Made by a program: the position numbers and the translations under genes. A stretch of 62,682 nt of DNA, the filler included, from Stramenopiles sp. TOSAG23-2 (lineage: Eukaryota), in NCBI GenBank assembly GCA_900128395.1. It is 7 parts of 7 records of this genome, joined end to end, with 100 filler letters (N's around TTAATTAATTAA, not from the genome) between each part and the next. Parts side by side here need not be neighbours in the genome. Positions count along the whole stretch, not along the records: positions 1 to 11,860 come from LT649893.1; positions 11,961 to 23,804 come from LT649894.1; 5 more parts are not named here. One strand, written 5' to 3'. Every line of letters starts with the position of its first letter. Position 1 is the stretch's first letter. The notes below the pieces were generated by a model, which worked only from the letters and a program-made list of their open reading frames with translations, made no database searches and had not been told where the DNA came from. Shown piece by piece: positions 1 to 11,964 of the stretch.

Positions 1-434
1 TATTACTTTAACACGAGAAGTGTAAAAATATTATAACTTAGATTTTAACCATCATTATATATGTGTATATAATACGAAGTATGTATTTTTTATTTTGAGA
101 GGTATTTTTTCTAGTGGTTTAACTTTTTTATTTTTAAGTATAATCTCTCATTTATACTCGTAATATAAAAAAATATATTTTCTCAAATAATATTATTTTC
201 ATCTTTTCCCTTCTTCATTTTTCGTTTTTTTATTTCTTTTTTTCTAAAACTTTTTGTATTTATAAAATTCAATTTTAATAAAAGTATTCACCATATTATG
301 GAATTTATTTTTTAAAATGAATGCTTACAAAGCATACATTCAAAATATTGCTTTACTTATATGAAATATAAAATGATATCATGTGTATATATATATATAT
401 ATATATATGCATATATATTGTATATTTTGATATA

Positions 435-1625
435 TTAATGCGTTGCAATTGGAGGCGAATGTTGTACATTAAATAATGTTGTTGTTGCTTGTGGACTATT
501 GCGATGGTTTTTATTTTGTAATTGTTGTTGTTGAGTTGGTACTGGTGAACGTGATTCACCATTTTCATTATCATTGTTATCATTGTTTCCTTGTAAAAAT
601 ACAATTTCATTTTTCGTAGGTGTTTGTCTATCTTCCTCACCACTTAACTTTCGTTTTTTGGTATTTGGTACAGAAAATTTACCAGACCAATCATCTTTTG
701 GACTTTCTTTTTTCTCTTCTTCACCATTATACACTTGAAGGCTACGTTTTACCCCAGCTGCAACATGGGAGATATTGTTTGCTGCTGCAGATTGTACCAA
801 TATTTCTTCTGACATTAAATTATCTTCAAGAATAGATGGTAACATTTTTTGTGATACTGGTCTAACTGGAGATGGTGTATTTAAATCTGTAGATTCTTTT
901 GTAACGGCTTGCATAGTTGTCATGCCACTATCTTCACTGGATGCAACTCGGTCTTGCAATACAGCGACTTCGCTTAAAAATAGCATTGGATCAAATGCAG
1001 CTGCTTTATCAAGCACTTCATTGACCCGTTTGTTGGTTTTCAATGCAGTTGCTAATTCTCCAACATTAATAATTTTGCACATTTGTTGATTACTATCACT
1101 TGCATCACTATCCGAATCGTCGTCTGAATCTTCTTCACTGTCCGAATCTTCCTCTGAATCCTCTTCGGATTCTTCTGATTCTTCTACTACTACCACTTTT
1201 TTCTTTGGTTTTCTTTTCTTTCTTTTCTTCTTCGTCCCTTTTGCCCCTTTAGCTTTTCTTGTTGCATTATTAATAGCACCACCACCACCAGCTTTGCGGC
1301 TTTCACGTCGTTTTTTAGAATTGTATGGCCGTGTGACAGCACCGTGGTGACGTTTCATATGATACCACAAACCACTTGCACCTGCATATGGTGGGTCATT
1401 GGGGCAGTGTGGGCATTTATACAATTTCGATTCACTACCTTTTTTACTTTTTCTTCCTTTCTTTTTAGGCGTGCTTGCTTTTTGTTTTGCTTGTTTTACA
1501 TTTCCCATTATTTCATCAGTTGGTGAGATGCTCTGTTCACTGCCATTATCAGATGATGATGATGACATAGTTGTTTTCACTTTTAACTTATTTTTTTTAC
1601 CTTTTGCACCTAATGTTCTTCCCAT
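435..1625 (-). CDS. Nuclear C2H2-type zinc-finger protein with basic and acidic tracts
   Basis: 396-aa ORF with YKCPHC-x15-HMKRHH finger, Lys-rich NLS-like tracts, a D/E/S acidic tract and a low-complexity C-terminus. Confidence 0.7.
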   Translation of the reverse strand: MGRTLGAKGKKNKLKVKTTMSSSSSDNGSEQSISPTDEIMGNVKQAKQKASTPKKKGRKSKKGSESKLYKCPHCPNDPPYAGASGLWYHMKRHHGAVTRPYNSKKRRESRKAGGGGAINNATRKAKGAKGTKKKRKKRKPKKKVVVVEESEESEEDSEEDSDSEEDSDDDSDSDASDSNQQMCKIINVGELATALKTNKRVNEVLDKAAAFDPMLFLSEVAVLQDRVASSEDSGMTTMQAVTKESTDLNTPSPVRPVSQKMLPSILEDNLMSEEILVQSAAANNISHVAAGVKRSLQVYNGEEEKKESPKDDWSGKFSVPNTKKRKLSGEEDRQTPTKNEIVFLQGNNDNNDNENGESRSPVPTQQQQLQNKNHRNSPQATTTLFNVQHSPPIATH

Positions 1626-2628
1626 TTTTATTTTTTTTTAATGTATATATACTATAGTATATTTTCTTTATATTATATATATATAATATAATATCACTAT
1701 TTTCAAAATAGACAAAATTTAAAATATTTGTTTGCAAACCACCTTGTTCGTTTAGTTTTAGTTCAAACGTCTAGCTATATATATATATATATGTATATAG
1801 AATTACTTTGTTATCGTGTGGAACTCCTTCTCTTTTTATATATACAGTAATAAATAATATATATATAAATAATGTGAGTATCGTAGTGCTATTACATGCT
1901 GAAGTTGAAAGTTGAAAGTTGAAATTTCTACTGACAGTTGAAATTTTATTGCGTCTCGACATGCTGTGTCATCGTATTTCCAAAAATCTGAAAGAAAGCA
2001 AATCGCAACTGAATTGTGAAAAAGTTGCAAAATAAAAACGGTGGCGAAAAAAATGATAAAAATTAGCCGGCTTTTATACTTATACAGTACAATACATGAA
2101 TATTGATAGGAAAAGATGGGTTTGAAGACTTGTATAAAAAAACTCGCTCTATGCTCTGGATAAACCGATAGACTTTGCACTTAAGCGAGTTTCCCATACT
2201 ATTTCTATGCTAAATAACCCATTGTATTCCAATGCTATTTTTTCGAAGCTACTTTTTTAAGGGTTCTGAAACAGATTTGAACAAATTAGTCAAGCAATTA
2301 GCATTAAATAGCACTAGAGTAACTTTGGAAAGTTTCCAACCTAATAATATAAATAACTACTTGCTCATTGCTCATCTCCCCCCAGAGGGATCTCTCTACT
2401 CCGGGTACCTGAGCATATAAACTTAGCATTGCGAGCGAAGCGTATATAGGATCTCTCCTCTGCTCTGGTTCGACGGAGAGGCAATATATCTATATACATC
2501 TATATATAACAACAAATAGATCCTTTTATAAATAATAAAGTATAGTGTACACCTACTCATTAATAAAATTTATTTCCTTCCATCTAATTTAATAATTCAA
2601 TGATATTTAAAATAATAATTATTATAAA

Positions 2629-4182
2629 ATGAGTCGTGTGAATAATAAAACGCATAAAATAAATTATACTATTGGTGGGCAAGTAGCAGAAGGTTTCGAA
2701 GAAGTGCGTAAAGCATTTGAATATAATTTTCAATCTGGTGTAGAAGTCTCTTCACAATTGTGTATATATTATCAAGGTGTATGTGTGGTTGATTTGTATG
2801 GCACGGTAACAGATGATGTAACACCTGGTGGTCTAATCAATGATGGAAATGGTAATCATTTAATGGCTACACAAAAAGGATATGGAGCACATAGCATTCA
2901 GCAAGTATTTAGCTCTACAAAAAACTTAAGTGCAATTGTCGTTGCATTATTAGTGGACAAAGGCTTACTTAAATACAATGAGAAAGTTTCTACATATTGG
3001 CCAGAATTTGGGCAACATGGAAAAGAAAATATAACAGTAGCAGATATTTTGAGACATGATTCTGGTTTGCCACAATTTTCAAGACAAGCAACGCAGGAAG
3101 ACATGGAAGATCAATCCATTGGAGGAAAATTAGATCAATTAATAGCATCATCAACTCCCAATTGGTCAACGCCACATACATCTACAACAGAAAATCCAGA
3201 GTTAAAAACATTACGAAGGGCATATCATGGCCAAGCCAGAGGTTTAATATTGCAAATGATCGTCCAACGTGTTGATCGAAAACATCGAACAATAGGTCAA
3301 ATTTTACGAGATGAAATTGTTATTCCATTGAATTTAACAAATGAATGTTTCCTTGGCATGCCATTAGATATTCAACGATCTGGTAAGATTCATATTGCAG
3401 ATATGTTAAGCATGGAAAGTGGTGCAAGAGAAGCATTTGACGAATTTAGAGATGATGAAAAACAAAAAGAATTACAAAATTTATCTGAAGAACAACGTCT
3501 TTCAGTTGCAAAGGCAATTCAAGATGCCTTAGCAGAGAGGAAAAAAAACAATAACGATCCAGTTTGGTCCCGAGTTGATCCAGATGAAGAGACGCATAGC
3601 GATTTGTGGAGTAAACATGAAAAGAATGGATTTATGGCAATCGTTCGTATGGGCTGTTCTTTTAGTGGAATTAGAAATGGAGAATGGAGTAGATTACATG
3701 AGAAACCTTCGGAAAATGGACATACCAATGCAAGATCTTTAGGAAAAATTGCAGCTGCAATGGCAGGAAGAGGTGCATTTGATGGAGTTCAATTAATGAG
3801 TACGGATGCATTTGCTGAATCGCATAGTAATATTACGCATAAATTTGATGATATTTTATTAGCTGATAGTAGATTTACACAAGGAGGATTTGCAGAATTT
3901 CGATTGGAACAGACTGCTTTCAATACAAAAGAAGGTGAAGGTAATATATTTGGTGGTGCAAATACTTTTGATTTAGAAGGTAGTTTTTTCGGCTGGGGTG
4001 GTGCTGGTGGTTCTGTTTTTATTTGGTCTCCAGAATATGATATAGGTTTTGCATATACGATGACTGGGATGGCTAGATACATTGTTGGTGGACCACGTAC
4101 AAAACGTATTTTTAGTGCATTATGTGAATGTATCAATATGATTGATATATATGAAAGTAGTATGGATAAAGTTGATTTGTGA
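2629..4182 (+). CDS. Beta-lactamase-family (class C / EstB-like) serine hydrolase
   Basis: SxxK motif (FSSTK), YWPEFGQHGKENITVADILRHDSGL, AYHG catalytic Tyr, GWGGAGGS. Confidence 0.9.
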   Translation: MSRVNNKTHKINYTIGGQVAEGFEEVRKAFEYNFQSGVEVSSQLCIYYQGVCVVDLYGTVTDDVTPGGLINDGNGNHLMATQKGYGAHSIQQVFSSTKNLSAIVVALLVDKGLLKYNEKVSTYWPEFGQHGKENITVADILRHDSGLPQFSRQATQEDMEDQSIGGKLDQLIASSTPNWSTPHTSTTENPELKTLRRAYHGQARGLILQMIVQRVDRKHRTIGQILRDEIVIPLNLTNECFLGMPLDIQRSGKIHIADMLSMESGAREAFDEFRDDEKQKELQNLSEEQRLSVAKAIQDALAERKKNNNDPVWSRVDPDEETHSDLWSKHEKNGFMAIVRMGCSFSGIRNGEWSRLHEKPSENGHTNARSLGKIAAAMAGRGAFDGVQLMSTDAFAESHSNITHKFDDILLADSRFTQGGFAEFRLEQTAFNTKEGEGNIFGGANTFDLEGSFFGWGGAGGSVFIWSPEYDIGFAYTMTGMARYIVGGPRTKRIFSALCECINMIDIYESSMDKVDL

Positions 4183-4816
4183 AAAAAATTTAATTTATAA
4201 TACTGTAGTAGTATTCTGGTATTCTAAGTAGAGCTGGACGCTATGATTAATATGGACATAGCACTAAACCAGGTATTTTGCGCAAAGAATATTCCTTATA
4301 ATTAATTAAGGGACATACCATTAAATAAAGCTGGAAAATATAATACTAATCATTGACTTTATATTCATAATAAATGCATCAATTACCTTAATAGTTAAAT
4401 ATCAGATAAGTTGGTGATTATTAAACATTCCAGGTACTGCGCATCCTATGTGTTTTGTAGTCTAATTAAAAAAAAATGTTTTTGAAGAAGGAAGAAAGAA
4501 ATAATTAATAAGTAGTGCAGTACTTACATCGCACATCAATATTAATAATTATACATATTTATATAATTTACAACATCATCCTTCTCTCTCTCTCTCTCTC
4601 TCTCTCATTATTTAGCAATACGATTTCTTACATGTTTTTATTTCCCCTCTTGACATTTTTAATTCATTGATACAACCAACAACAAAAGTTTCTTTCTACT
4701 ACGTATATAATAAATAATAAGTAGGAAAAGAAAATTAATAATAATTAAAAAACAACGCTGTATTATTATTATTACAGTAGTAAGAATATCTATTAATAAA
4801 TATATAATTAAATAAT

Positions 4817-7800
4817 ATGGGAGGAACTGTATCAAAAGAAGTCATTACAATTGAAGAGGCGAGAGAAAGGATATCAGACGATGATTTGAACAGACTGATT
4901 TACGCATATCGGAAATTATACAATAACAATAATAATAGAAGTAGTAGCAATGTACATTCAAATTATAATGTTGGGATATCATTTAGTAACTTTGATAGGT
5001 ATATTTTATGTGAATATTTACCTATGCCAAGAAAACTAAAAATGATTTTTTTTTATTCATTATTGGGTCGATCGAAAGATGTGTTTTTAACGTTTGATGA
5101 TTTACTACGCGCATATGCCGTCACATATTTAGGTACGATGGAAGAAAAGTGTACTTTAATTTTCTACATGTTAACTGTGACAGATGGACATCAAAGTGGG
5201 TATGGTGATAGTGTTATGTGGGAAAAAAAATTACATAAAGAATCAGTAGTTGATTTTGCTAAATTTTTTGCAAGTTTTCCTAAAGATGTTTTGCTACAAC
5301 GCAGTATGTTTATCCAATTGTTTGAATCTGATACAGAAGTTACGGAGGAAGAATTTGTTGATTGGGCTGTGCAGGCTGAAGTATCGAAAACTATTTTTAT
5401 TAGATGGATATCAATCGTTGGAAAAGGAATATTTAATAAAATAGCTAAATATGATTTATCTGAGATCAATAAACAAGAATTTGTCATGATAGAAAATGAT
5501 AATAGTGGCAAGATTTCTAGAAGAAATAGTTTTAATACCAACAGAAAAAAAGATAAATCGGATGCTGCTGCTCAACAAGCGTATATTTTAAATTGGTTGA
5601 AGGATAAGTATTTAGAATTAGAAGCATTGAAAGAAAACGAAGATGTAGATGATACGGGTCTCAATATTAACAATATTAATATAAAAGATACAACTGCTAA
5701 TAATGATAAGACTGCCGTTAGCAAAGATGTGAACAGCGTGGATGAAATACAACTAGGAGATCTTTTTTCTCCGCCAATACCACGAAGATTATTAAACTTA
5801 ATTTTTTACTATGCTGATGAGAAAAATGTTGGTATGGTTGATTCTGGTTTTTTTGTAGGTACGTTGTCTCGTATTTTTACTGGCTCGAGTGAAGAAAAGT
5901 TTCATTTTATATTCGATCTTTTTGATCGTGATGAAGATGGTTTCTTATCTAAATCAGAGTTGGTTAATATATTTAGAAGTTTAAATCAAATCGAGGAAGA
6001 GTTAGAGCAAGATGGAAAAGTTACACGTAGATTACCAATGAAATCTACAGTATCAAAGTTTCGGGTTGCAATGCAAAAAGCGGCAGCAAAAGTATCTACG
6101 AGTTCCAGAAAAAATCGCAGCGATACTACAAATAAACATATAAACACTTTGGTAAATCATTTATTACAAAATGATTCATGCAAAATGACATATAAAGAAT
6201 GGGAAAATTGGGCTTCAACAAATCCAAATATATTTTCATTTATTGAAACTACAATACAAAAAGCAATTGAATCCACGCCAAATACACGATTGTCTCCAAG
6301 TGCTGAGTTAGAAGCAATAATTGAGGTAAAGAATCCAATGTATTCAGATGATAAAATCCGAGAAGGCGAGGAATGGTTTATTTTATCAAGGCCATGGTGG
6401 AGAAAATGGGAGGCATATGCAAGATCCGAACAGAAAAAGTCAAAACAAAATTTAAATTCCTATATTGAAAATAGCAGCAACAATGATATTTCAAATGAAT
6501 TGAATAATTTTGTATCTATTGATCGTCCTGGTAAAATTGATCAGTCCAACATTTTAAGTGGTGTAACTAAAATTAGTCTTTGCTCCACCATTTATTACAA
6601 CCAAGATTATGTAATTGTAAATAAAAAAGTATGGAAACTGTTGGTATCTTGGTATGGTGGTGGCCCGGAAATAAAACGGACGGTTGTGAAAGATGGGGAT
6701 CGTGTAGAGCTTGAATTGCATCCTGTAGTATTGCGGATATCCATGAAATCGGTGGAAGGGGAAAAAGGAGGAGAAATAGATCGCCCGCGTCGAATGAGAA
6801 ACGTAATTGATATTGTAGTTAGTAGATTTCAAACTGCGACGCAAGTAAAACGCATTGCCTGTAGCGCCTTTGGATTGAGATACTTTAACAAAGTACGTAT
6901 GTGGGACTGTCGCCAAGATAGGCACCCAATGTTAATTAGGCCAGTTGGTGGAGTAGAGTCTCGAACAGTTGAAGATTTTGATTTTCTAGATGGGCAAAGT
7001 ATACAATTAGAGGAAATGTCGAGAAATGGAGAATGGCCATTTAAAGTTGATTTAAAAAATCATGCATACCAGCCAGCATTATCTAAATTGCCTGGAATTG
7101 CTGGTTTGTATAATTTAGGAAATACATGTTATATAAACGCATCCGTGCAAGGTTTAATGCATGTGCCACTACTATCAGAATATTTTTGCAAAGAGTATCA
7201 CATTTCAGATCTAAATGCAACTGCGGCATTGGGGAGTAAAAACGCTGAATTAGCATGTGCATACAGTCTATTGACAAATGAAATGATGGGTAAAAAAGCA
7301 TCTTCATATGCTGTCTCACCTCGCATATTTAAAAGATCCTTAGGACATTTCAATCGAATGTTTACCGGTTATAATCAACATGATGCGCAAGAGTTTTTGT
7401 CCTTGTTTATGGATGGTTTACACGAAGATATTAACAGGGTCAGGAAGAAAATGTATGTAGAGATAAAAGATTCGGATGGGCGACCGGACGATGTAGTAGC
7501 AAATGAATGGTGGGATAACCATTTAAGACGCGACAATTCTATAGTACAAACGTTGTTTGCGGGTCAGTTTAAATCAAAAGTGCAATGTGCAGCTTGTGGT
7601 TATATCAGTAATCGTTTCGAACCGTTTACTATGTTACAAGTTCCTTTGCCATTACCAAGTGAAGTAACGATAGAAATACTAATTGTCTTTTGTGGTAGTA
7701 ATAAACAATCGTTGCGCCTTGGTTTACGTTTGAAAAAAGGTAATAGCTCGCCATTTCACATCAAAAAGGCAATTGAAAGCATGGATAGTGACATTCCAAA

Positions 7801-9628
7801 TTATTTAAAACCAAATGGTCAACCGTTGAAAAGTAAAGATATGGTAATTGGCTACTGTCGCTCAGTCAGACAAATCGATAAAATTTTAAGGGATGACGAG
7901 TCAATCAGATTGGGTAGTACAAAAGTTAATTCCAATAGAAATCCATATATCTGTTATCATTCACCTGTAAATGATAAGAAAAGATATTTAAGCACGGTTG
8001 GCTTTAAAACAGGCTTGTACATTGACATTGCTTTCAAAAAGAATATTGTAAAACTTGGAAGGATTGAAAAAATCTACGATGAAGATGATCAAATATTAGA
8101 CGTAGAGTTTGATAATGATGACGAGATAAAACAGATTTATGGTGATGATAAACAAAAGGCTCAACAAGGCGATGAAGTAAACGATAATAATGATAATAGT
8201 GATAGTTATGATGAGGACGAGGTGGAAGATCTTTACATAAACAAGACCATAAATGTCAACATGGTAATACCAGATCCAACTGTATTGTATTTTATAAATC
8301 GTGTTCAATACAATCGCAAATATTATTTTGGTGTTGAAAAGGCCGTTAATATGGTCGATCGACCATTTTTATTAAGGCTGATTACAACAAGTACAACATG
8401 CAAGGAGCTTTATAAAATTATTTATGAACATTCACAGCAAATTATCCCCGCAAATTTACGCGAAGATGAGATTGATTTAGACATTGATTACACAAAATTC
8501 TCTGGAACAGGTGATGACTTGGAAACCAATTATGATGCCGCCGCTACTGTTAAAAACGACACAGGTATAACGAATCAATTACAAGAAAAATATGGATTTT
8601 CATTGCACTTTGTTGACATGGATTACAATACATACAGACGGAATCATTATCCTGGATTATCATGTCCAAATTGCCCATGGACAGATCGATGTCAAGGATG
8701 CTTAATTACAGATGTAGAAAATATATATTTAAATAAGACATTTAGAAAAAAGAGTATTACAATTGCAATACAGTGGAATGAAAATAATTCAAATACCTAT
8801 ATTCGAAAATCGACGTCTAAAATTGAAGGAGCTAAATTTAGACAGCCAATTAAACATGAATCAATCAATCGTTGCGATGCATTAGATAATAAACGCTTAT
8901 CCATTTATGAATGCATCAATAAATATTGCAAAGAGGAGACAATGGATGGGAAAGATCAAGTTTATTGTAGTAAATGCAAAGAACACCAAGATCATACAAA
9001 GCAAGTGACTCTTTACAGGCCTCCTCCGGTTTTGATTATCCATTTGAAACGCTTCAAATTTACACAGCGTCATGGTGAGAAAATATCTACTCAAGTGAAT
9101 TTCCCGATCAATGGGTTGGATTTATCATTTGCTTACTCTGATAAGCCAAAAGACCCAATACCATTAGACTTAACATGGTGGGAATATTTGGGAGGAAAAT
9201 ATGATGCCAATAGAAGTGTAGAACGCACAAATGATGATGATGAAGAAGAGGTTGAGACAAAACAGGAAAATATGAAAGATGAAGAAAAAATGGTAATAGA
9301 AAAAGATAATTTTGTATATGATTGCGTAGGTGTTGTAAATCATTTTGGAGGAACATCAGGTGGCCATTATGTAGCATATGCAAAAAATTCATATGATAAT
9401 AAATGGAGACAATTTGATGATTCTCGTGTTCGTGTAATTTCAAGAAGTGAAGTTGTATCAAGAAATGCATATATTATGTTTTACGTTCGTAGAGATTTAC
9501 CAGAGACTGGAGTAGAGGAAATATATAAATGCCGAAAGCCAACAAAAAAGCAAGCGGAGGAGTTTAATAAATTAGTAGCATCCACAACACGATTTACTAG
9601 TATGTTGGATAAATGTATATTGGCGTGA
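4817..9628 (+). CDS. USP32: USP32-like ubiquitin-specific protease (EF-hand + DUSP + UBL + split C19 peptidase)
   Basis: MGGTVS myristoylation-type start, EF loop DRDEDGFLSKSE, DUSP (WFILSRPWWRKW..YGGGP), Cys box GLYNLGNTCY, QHDAQEFL, His box HFGGTSGGHYVAY, FDDSRV, C-terminal CaaX CILA. Confidence 0.88.
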   Translation: MGGTVSKEVITIEEARERISDDDLNRLIYAYRKLYNNNNNRSSSNVHSNYNVGISFSNFDRYILCEYLPMPRKLKMIFFYSLLGRSKDVFLTFDDLLRAYAVTYLGTMEEKCTLIFYMLTVTDGHQSGYGDSVMWEKKLHKESVVDFAKFFASFPKDVLLQRSMFIQLFESDTEVTEEEFVDWAVQAEVSKTIFIRWISIVGKGIFNKIAKYDLSEINKQEFVMIENDNSGKISRRNSFNTNRKKDKSDAAAQQAYILNWLKDKYLELEALKENEDVDDTGLNINNINIKDTTANNDKTAVSKDVNSVDEIQLGDLFSPPIPRRLLNLIFYYADEKNVGMVDSGFFVGTLSRIFTGSSEEKFHFIFDLFDRDEDGFLSKSELVNIFRSLNQIEEELEQDGKVTRRLPMKSTVSKFRVAMQKAAAKVSTSSRKNRSDTTNKHINTLVNHLLQNDSCKMTYKEWENWASTNPNIFSFIETTIQKAIESTPNTRLSPSAELEAIIEVKNPMYSDDKIREGEEWFILSRPWWRKWEAYARSEQKKSKQNLNSYIENSSNNDISNELNNFVSIDRPGKIDQSNILSGVTKISLCSTIYYNQDYVIVNKKVWKLLVSWYGGGPEIKRTVVKDGDRVELELHPVVLRISMKSVEGEKGGEIDRPRRMRNVIDIVVSRFQTATQVKRIACSAFGLRYFNKVRMWDCRQDRHPMLIRPVGGVESRTVEDFDFLDGQSIQLEEMSRNGEWPFKVDLKNHAYQPALSKLPGIAGLYNLGNTCYINASVQGLMHVPLLSEYFCKEYHISDLNATAALGSKNAELACAYSLLTNEMMGKKASSYAVSPRIFKRSLGHFNRMFTGYNQHDAQEFLSLFMDGLHEDINRVRKKMYVEIKDSDGRPDDVVANEWWDNHLRRDNSIVQTLFAGQFKSKVQCAACGYISNRFEPFTMLQVPLPLPSEVTIEILIVFCGSNKQSLRLGLRLKKGNSSPFHIKKAIESMDSDIPNYLKPNGQPLKSKDMVIGYCRSVRQIDKILRDDESIRLGSTKVNSNRNPYICYHSPVNDKKRYLSTVGFKTGLYIDIAFKKNIVKLGRIEKIYDEDDQILDVEFDNDDEIKQIYGDDKQKAQQGDEVNDNNDNSDSYDEDEVEDLYINKTINVNMVIPDPTVLYFINRVQYNRKYYFGVEKAVNMVDRPFLLRLITTSTTCKELYKIIYEHSQQIIPANLREDEIDLDIDYTKFSGTGDDLETNYDAAATVKNDTGITNQLQEKYGFSLHFVDMDYNTYRRNHYPGLSCPNCPWTDRCQGCLITDVENIYLNKTFRKKSITIAIQWNENNSNTYIRKSTSKIEGAKFRQPIKHESINRCDALDNKRLSIYECINKYCKEETMDGKDQVYCSKCKEHQDHTKQVTLYRPPPVLIIHLKRFKFTQRHGEKISTQVNFPINGLDLSFAYSDKPKDPIPLDLTWWEYLGGKYDANRSVERTNDDDEEEVETKQENMKDEEKMVIEKDNFVYDCVGVVNHFGGTSGGHYVAYAKNSYDNKWRQFDDSRVRVISRSEVVSRNAYIMFYVRRDLPETGVEEIYKCRKPTKKQAEEFNKLVASTTRFTSMLDKCILA

Positions 9629-9965
9629 ATGATTTGTAATATCATATATAAACATATAAGAAGCATGTACATGATATAATAGAGATGTATGATACGTATG
9701 AGATATGATATGATACGAAGCGTATGATAATGATACATTAAAATATTTTTAAATAATACGGAGGCTAAAAAATATGAATGTGTGTATATAATTGTTTTGT
9801 ACAATGTACTTTTGCTGTCCTCCCTCTCTGTATAAATCTCACGATGCAACTCCACAAATTATACAACACTCGTATATTTATATATTATATAATATTAATA
9901 CACGCTTCCTTTTGTAATTTATATATATACATTCCCTATTCGTACACGCGTATAATTTTTTCTCT

Positions 9966-10664
9966 TCATTGTTGTTGCGTCTTTAAAAAATCTTCCAATT
10001 GTTTTATTTGTTTTTCAATAAATTCACGTTCTTTTTTTTGACTTTCTCTTGCTGTTTTGGTTTTTGTCATTTCCCTATTTTGTACAATTTCAACTTTGTC
10101 CATTAAATCTACTTTCATGCTTTGTAAATTTTGACGTTTTTTTATTAAATTTTGATGTTTTTCATCCAATGTTGCTACTGTTTCCTCAGCTTCTACGGCT
10201 TTCCGTGTACCAAACGCTACAGCATTTAAATACAAAGTTTGATATGCTGCTAACGACATCCTAATTTCATCCCTAACTCTTAAAAGCACTAATCCTCTTT
10301 CCGGTGTTTCCAACGTTACTTGCCTTAAAAGTTCATCAAAAGCTTGAGAATACAAATCCTCTCGAACAGGACATATGCCATTGTTTCTAGCTTGCCTTCT
10401 GCTTAAACCTTCATCAAGTTTATCTTGCAAATCAAAAACATCTTCCCTACCAGATGTTTTATTAGTACAATATTGTTTCCAAATATTTCCATCATCGTCT
10501 TCCAAAGCAATCGGTGGTAACAATGTGTTTAAGACATCGTTCGAATGTATACCACCACCAATTGCAGCATTTTTTGCTAAAGTTGATTTAGCACTAACAA
10601 CTGATGTACTATTAGACGTATTCATTAACAAAGGTTCATCCCTTTTTACTAAACTACCTTCCAT
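9966..10664 (-). CDS. DNALI1: Axonemal inner-arm dynein light intermediate chain p28
   Basis: LNTLLPP, RQARNNGICPVREDLYSQAFDELLRQVT, PERGLVLLRVRDEIRM, YQTLY..AFGTRKA followed by coiled coil. Confidence 0.95.
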   Translation of the reverse strand: MEGSLVKRDEPLLMNTSNSTSVVSAKSTLAKNAAIGGGIHSNDVLNTLLPPIALEDDDGNIWKQYCTNKTSGREDVFDLQDKLDEGLSRRQARNNGICPVREDLYSQAFDELLRQVTLETPERGLVLLRVRDEIRMSLAAYQTLYLNAVAFGTRKAVEAEETVATLDEKHQNLIKKRQNLQSMKVDLMDKVEIVQNREMTKTKTARESQKKEREFIEKQIKQLEDFLKTQQQ

Positions 10665-10881
10665 ATTGATATATTATTTTCTATTTCCAAAAGCAAAGAA
10701 TAATATATATATATATTTAATATAAATCAAAATCAATCAATAATAACAAAAATAGAATTATTAATCAAGAGTAGTGTAAAGTAAGAAGGTGAATGGTGTA
10801 ATATAGTATATCTGTATATTGATAAGAAAATGCCTAGATACTTGCTTAATAACTAATCAATACACAAAGTATGAATATATG

Positions 10882-11039
10882 TATATATACATGTACTTTT
10901 ACCTTTTGCTGGATTTACTTTCACAAATATTATTATTAATTGTTTTTGATTTTTATATTATATATACATGTACTTTTACCTTTTGCTGGATTTACTTTCA
11001 CAAATATTATTATTAATTGTTTTTGATTTTTATATTATA
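10882..11039. repeat. Exact 77-bp tandem duplication (probable assembly artefact)
   Basis: ATGTACTTTTACC.. at 10891 recurs at 10968; the two copies are identical. Confidence 0.9.
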
Positions 11040-11595
11040 ACTGTTTTACCAGTTGTTGAGAAGAATTTTTAACTGGTGCTTAAATTGTATTCTAATTTCC
11101 ACTTTCAAGTATAAATTAGTGTCATTTGATAGGTAGAAATCGAAGATCCCCCATTGTAAATAGAAAAAAAATCATCATGGCGACCCTTTTTTCTGAGAGA
11201 GACCTTCCCGTTGTCAAATAAACTTTTAGTATACTAATAAGTACAAATTACACATATTTTACTATCAAACCTCGTGCATTATAATTCCTAGATCTTGCAA
11301 AAATCATGAATTTTTGGAAAAATTTCAGACATTTTTTATATTTTTAATCCAAGAAGTTGCCATAACCGCACTGTATGAATTGAGCATTTTTATAAAGGGC
11401 ACGACGGTGATTTTATACATATAAAGAATATTTTTTTTGATCAACAGAAAGTGAAATGAAGTGTAATCCATCACAAATAATAAATGCACAAATCAAAAAG
11501 AATGAATAAAATATACAAGTTGCATCACAATATAGATAGATATATAGATAGATAGATACAGACGTGTGCGTGCAATTAACAACAAAAGTGAAACA

Positions 11596-11860
11596 ATGGC
11601 ATCGTTACTTACCGATGATACAACAACAATAACGACGACGACAACAACAACGATGACAAGAAGAAGAACAACGCCAACAACTGAAACATCTGAGCAAATG
11701 ACCGATAATGAACTTTCACATTTTGAAGATTTACCTGGTATATTACAAATATGTATTGGTACTGCTACAAAACCAGGTCTCATAGCATATTTTGATGATG
11801 ATATACTTGCAATGATAAATATGTTTGCGAAAACATGTAAAAAATTTCTTGAATATGATT
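11596..11860 (+). CDS. 5' fragment of a hypothetical protein, truncated by the contig end
   Basis: ORF from ATG GCA TCG with a Thr-rich linker, running into the N linker. Confidence 0.45.
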
Positions 11861-11960
11861 NNNNNNNNNNNNNNNNNNNNNNNNNNNNNNNNNNNNNNNN
11901 NNNNTTAATTAATTAANNNNNNNNNNNNNNNNNNNNNNNNNNNNNNNNNNNNNNNNNNNN
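11861..11960. other. Artificial contig linker
   Basis: N44-TTAATTAATTAA-N44, which places stops in all six frames. Confidence 0.99.
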
Positions 11961-11964
11961 CATA

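Noticed and set aside
2440-2485. tRNA-like GGTTCGA inside a CTCTCC/GGAGAG stem
   Set aside because: No cloverleaf, D-arm or anticodon arm can be built.
2629-4182. Antibiotic-resistance beta-lactamase
   Set aside because: The motifs fit the widespread esterase-like beta-lactamase-related family found in eukaryotes, with no AmpC-specific KTG motif.
11905-11916. TTAATTAATTAA as a biological repeat or piggyBac TTAA site
   Set aside because: It is always centred in N44 flanks, so it is an artificial six-frame stop linker.
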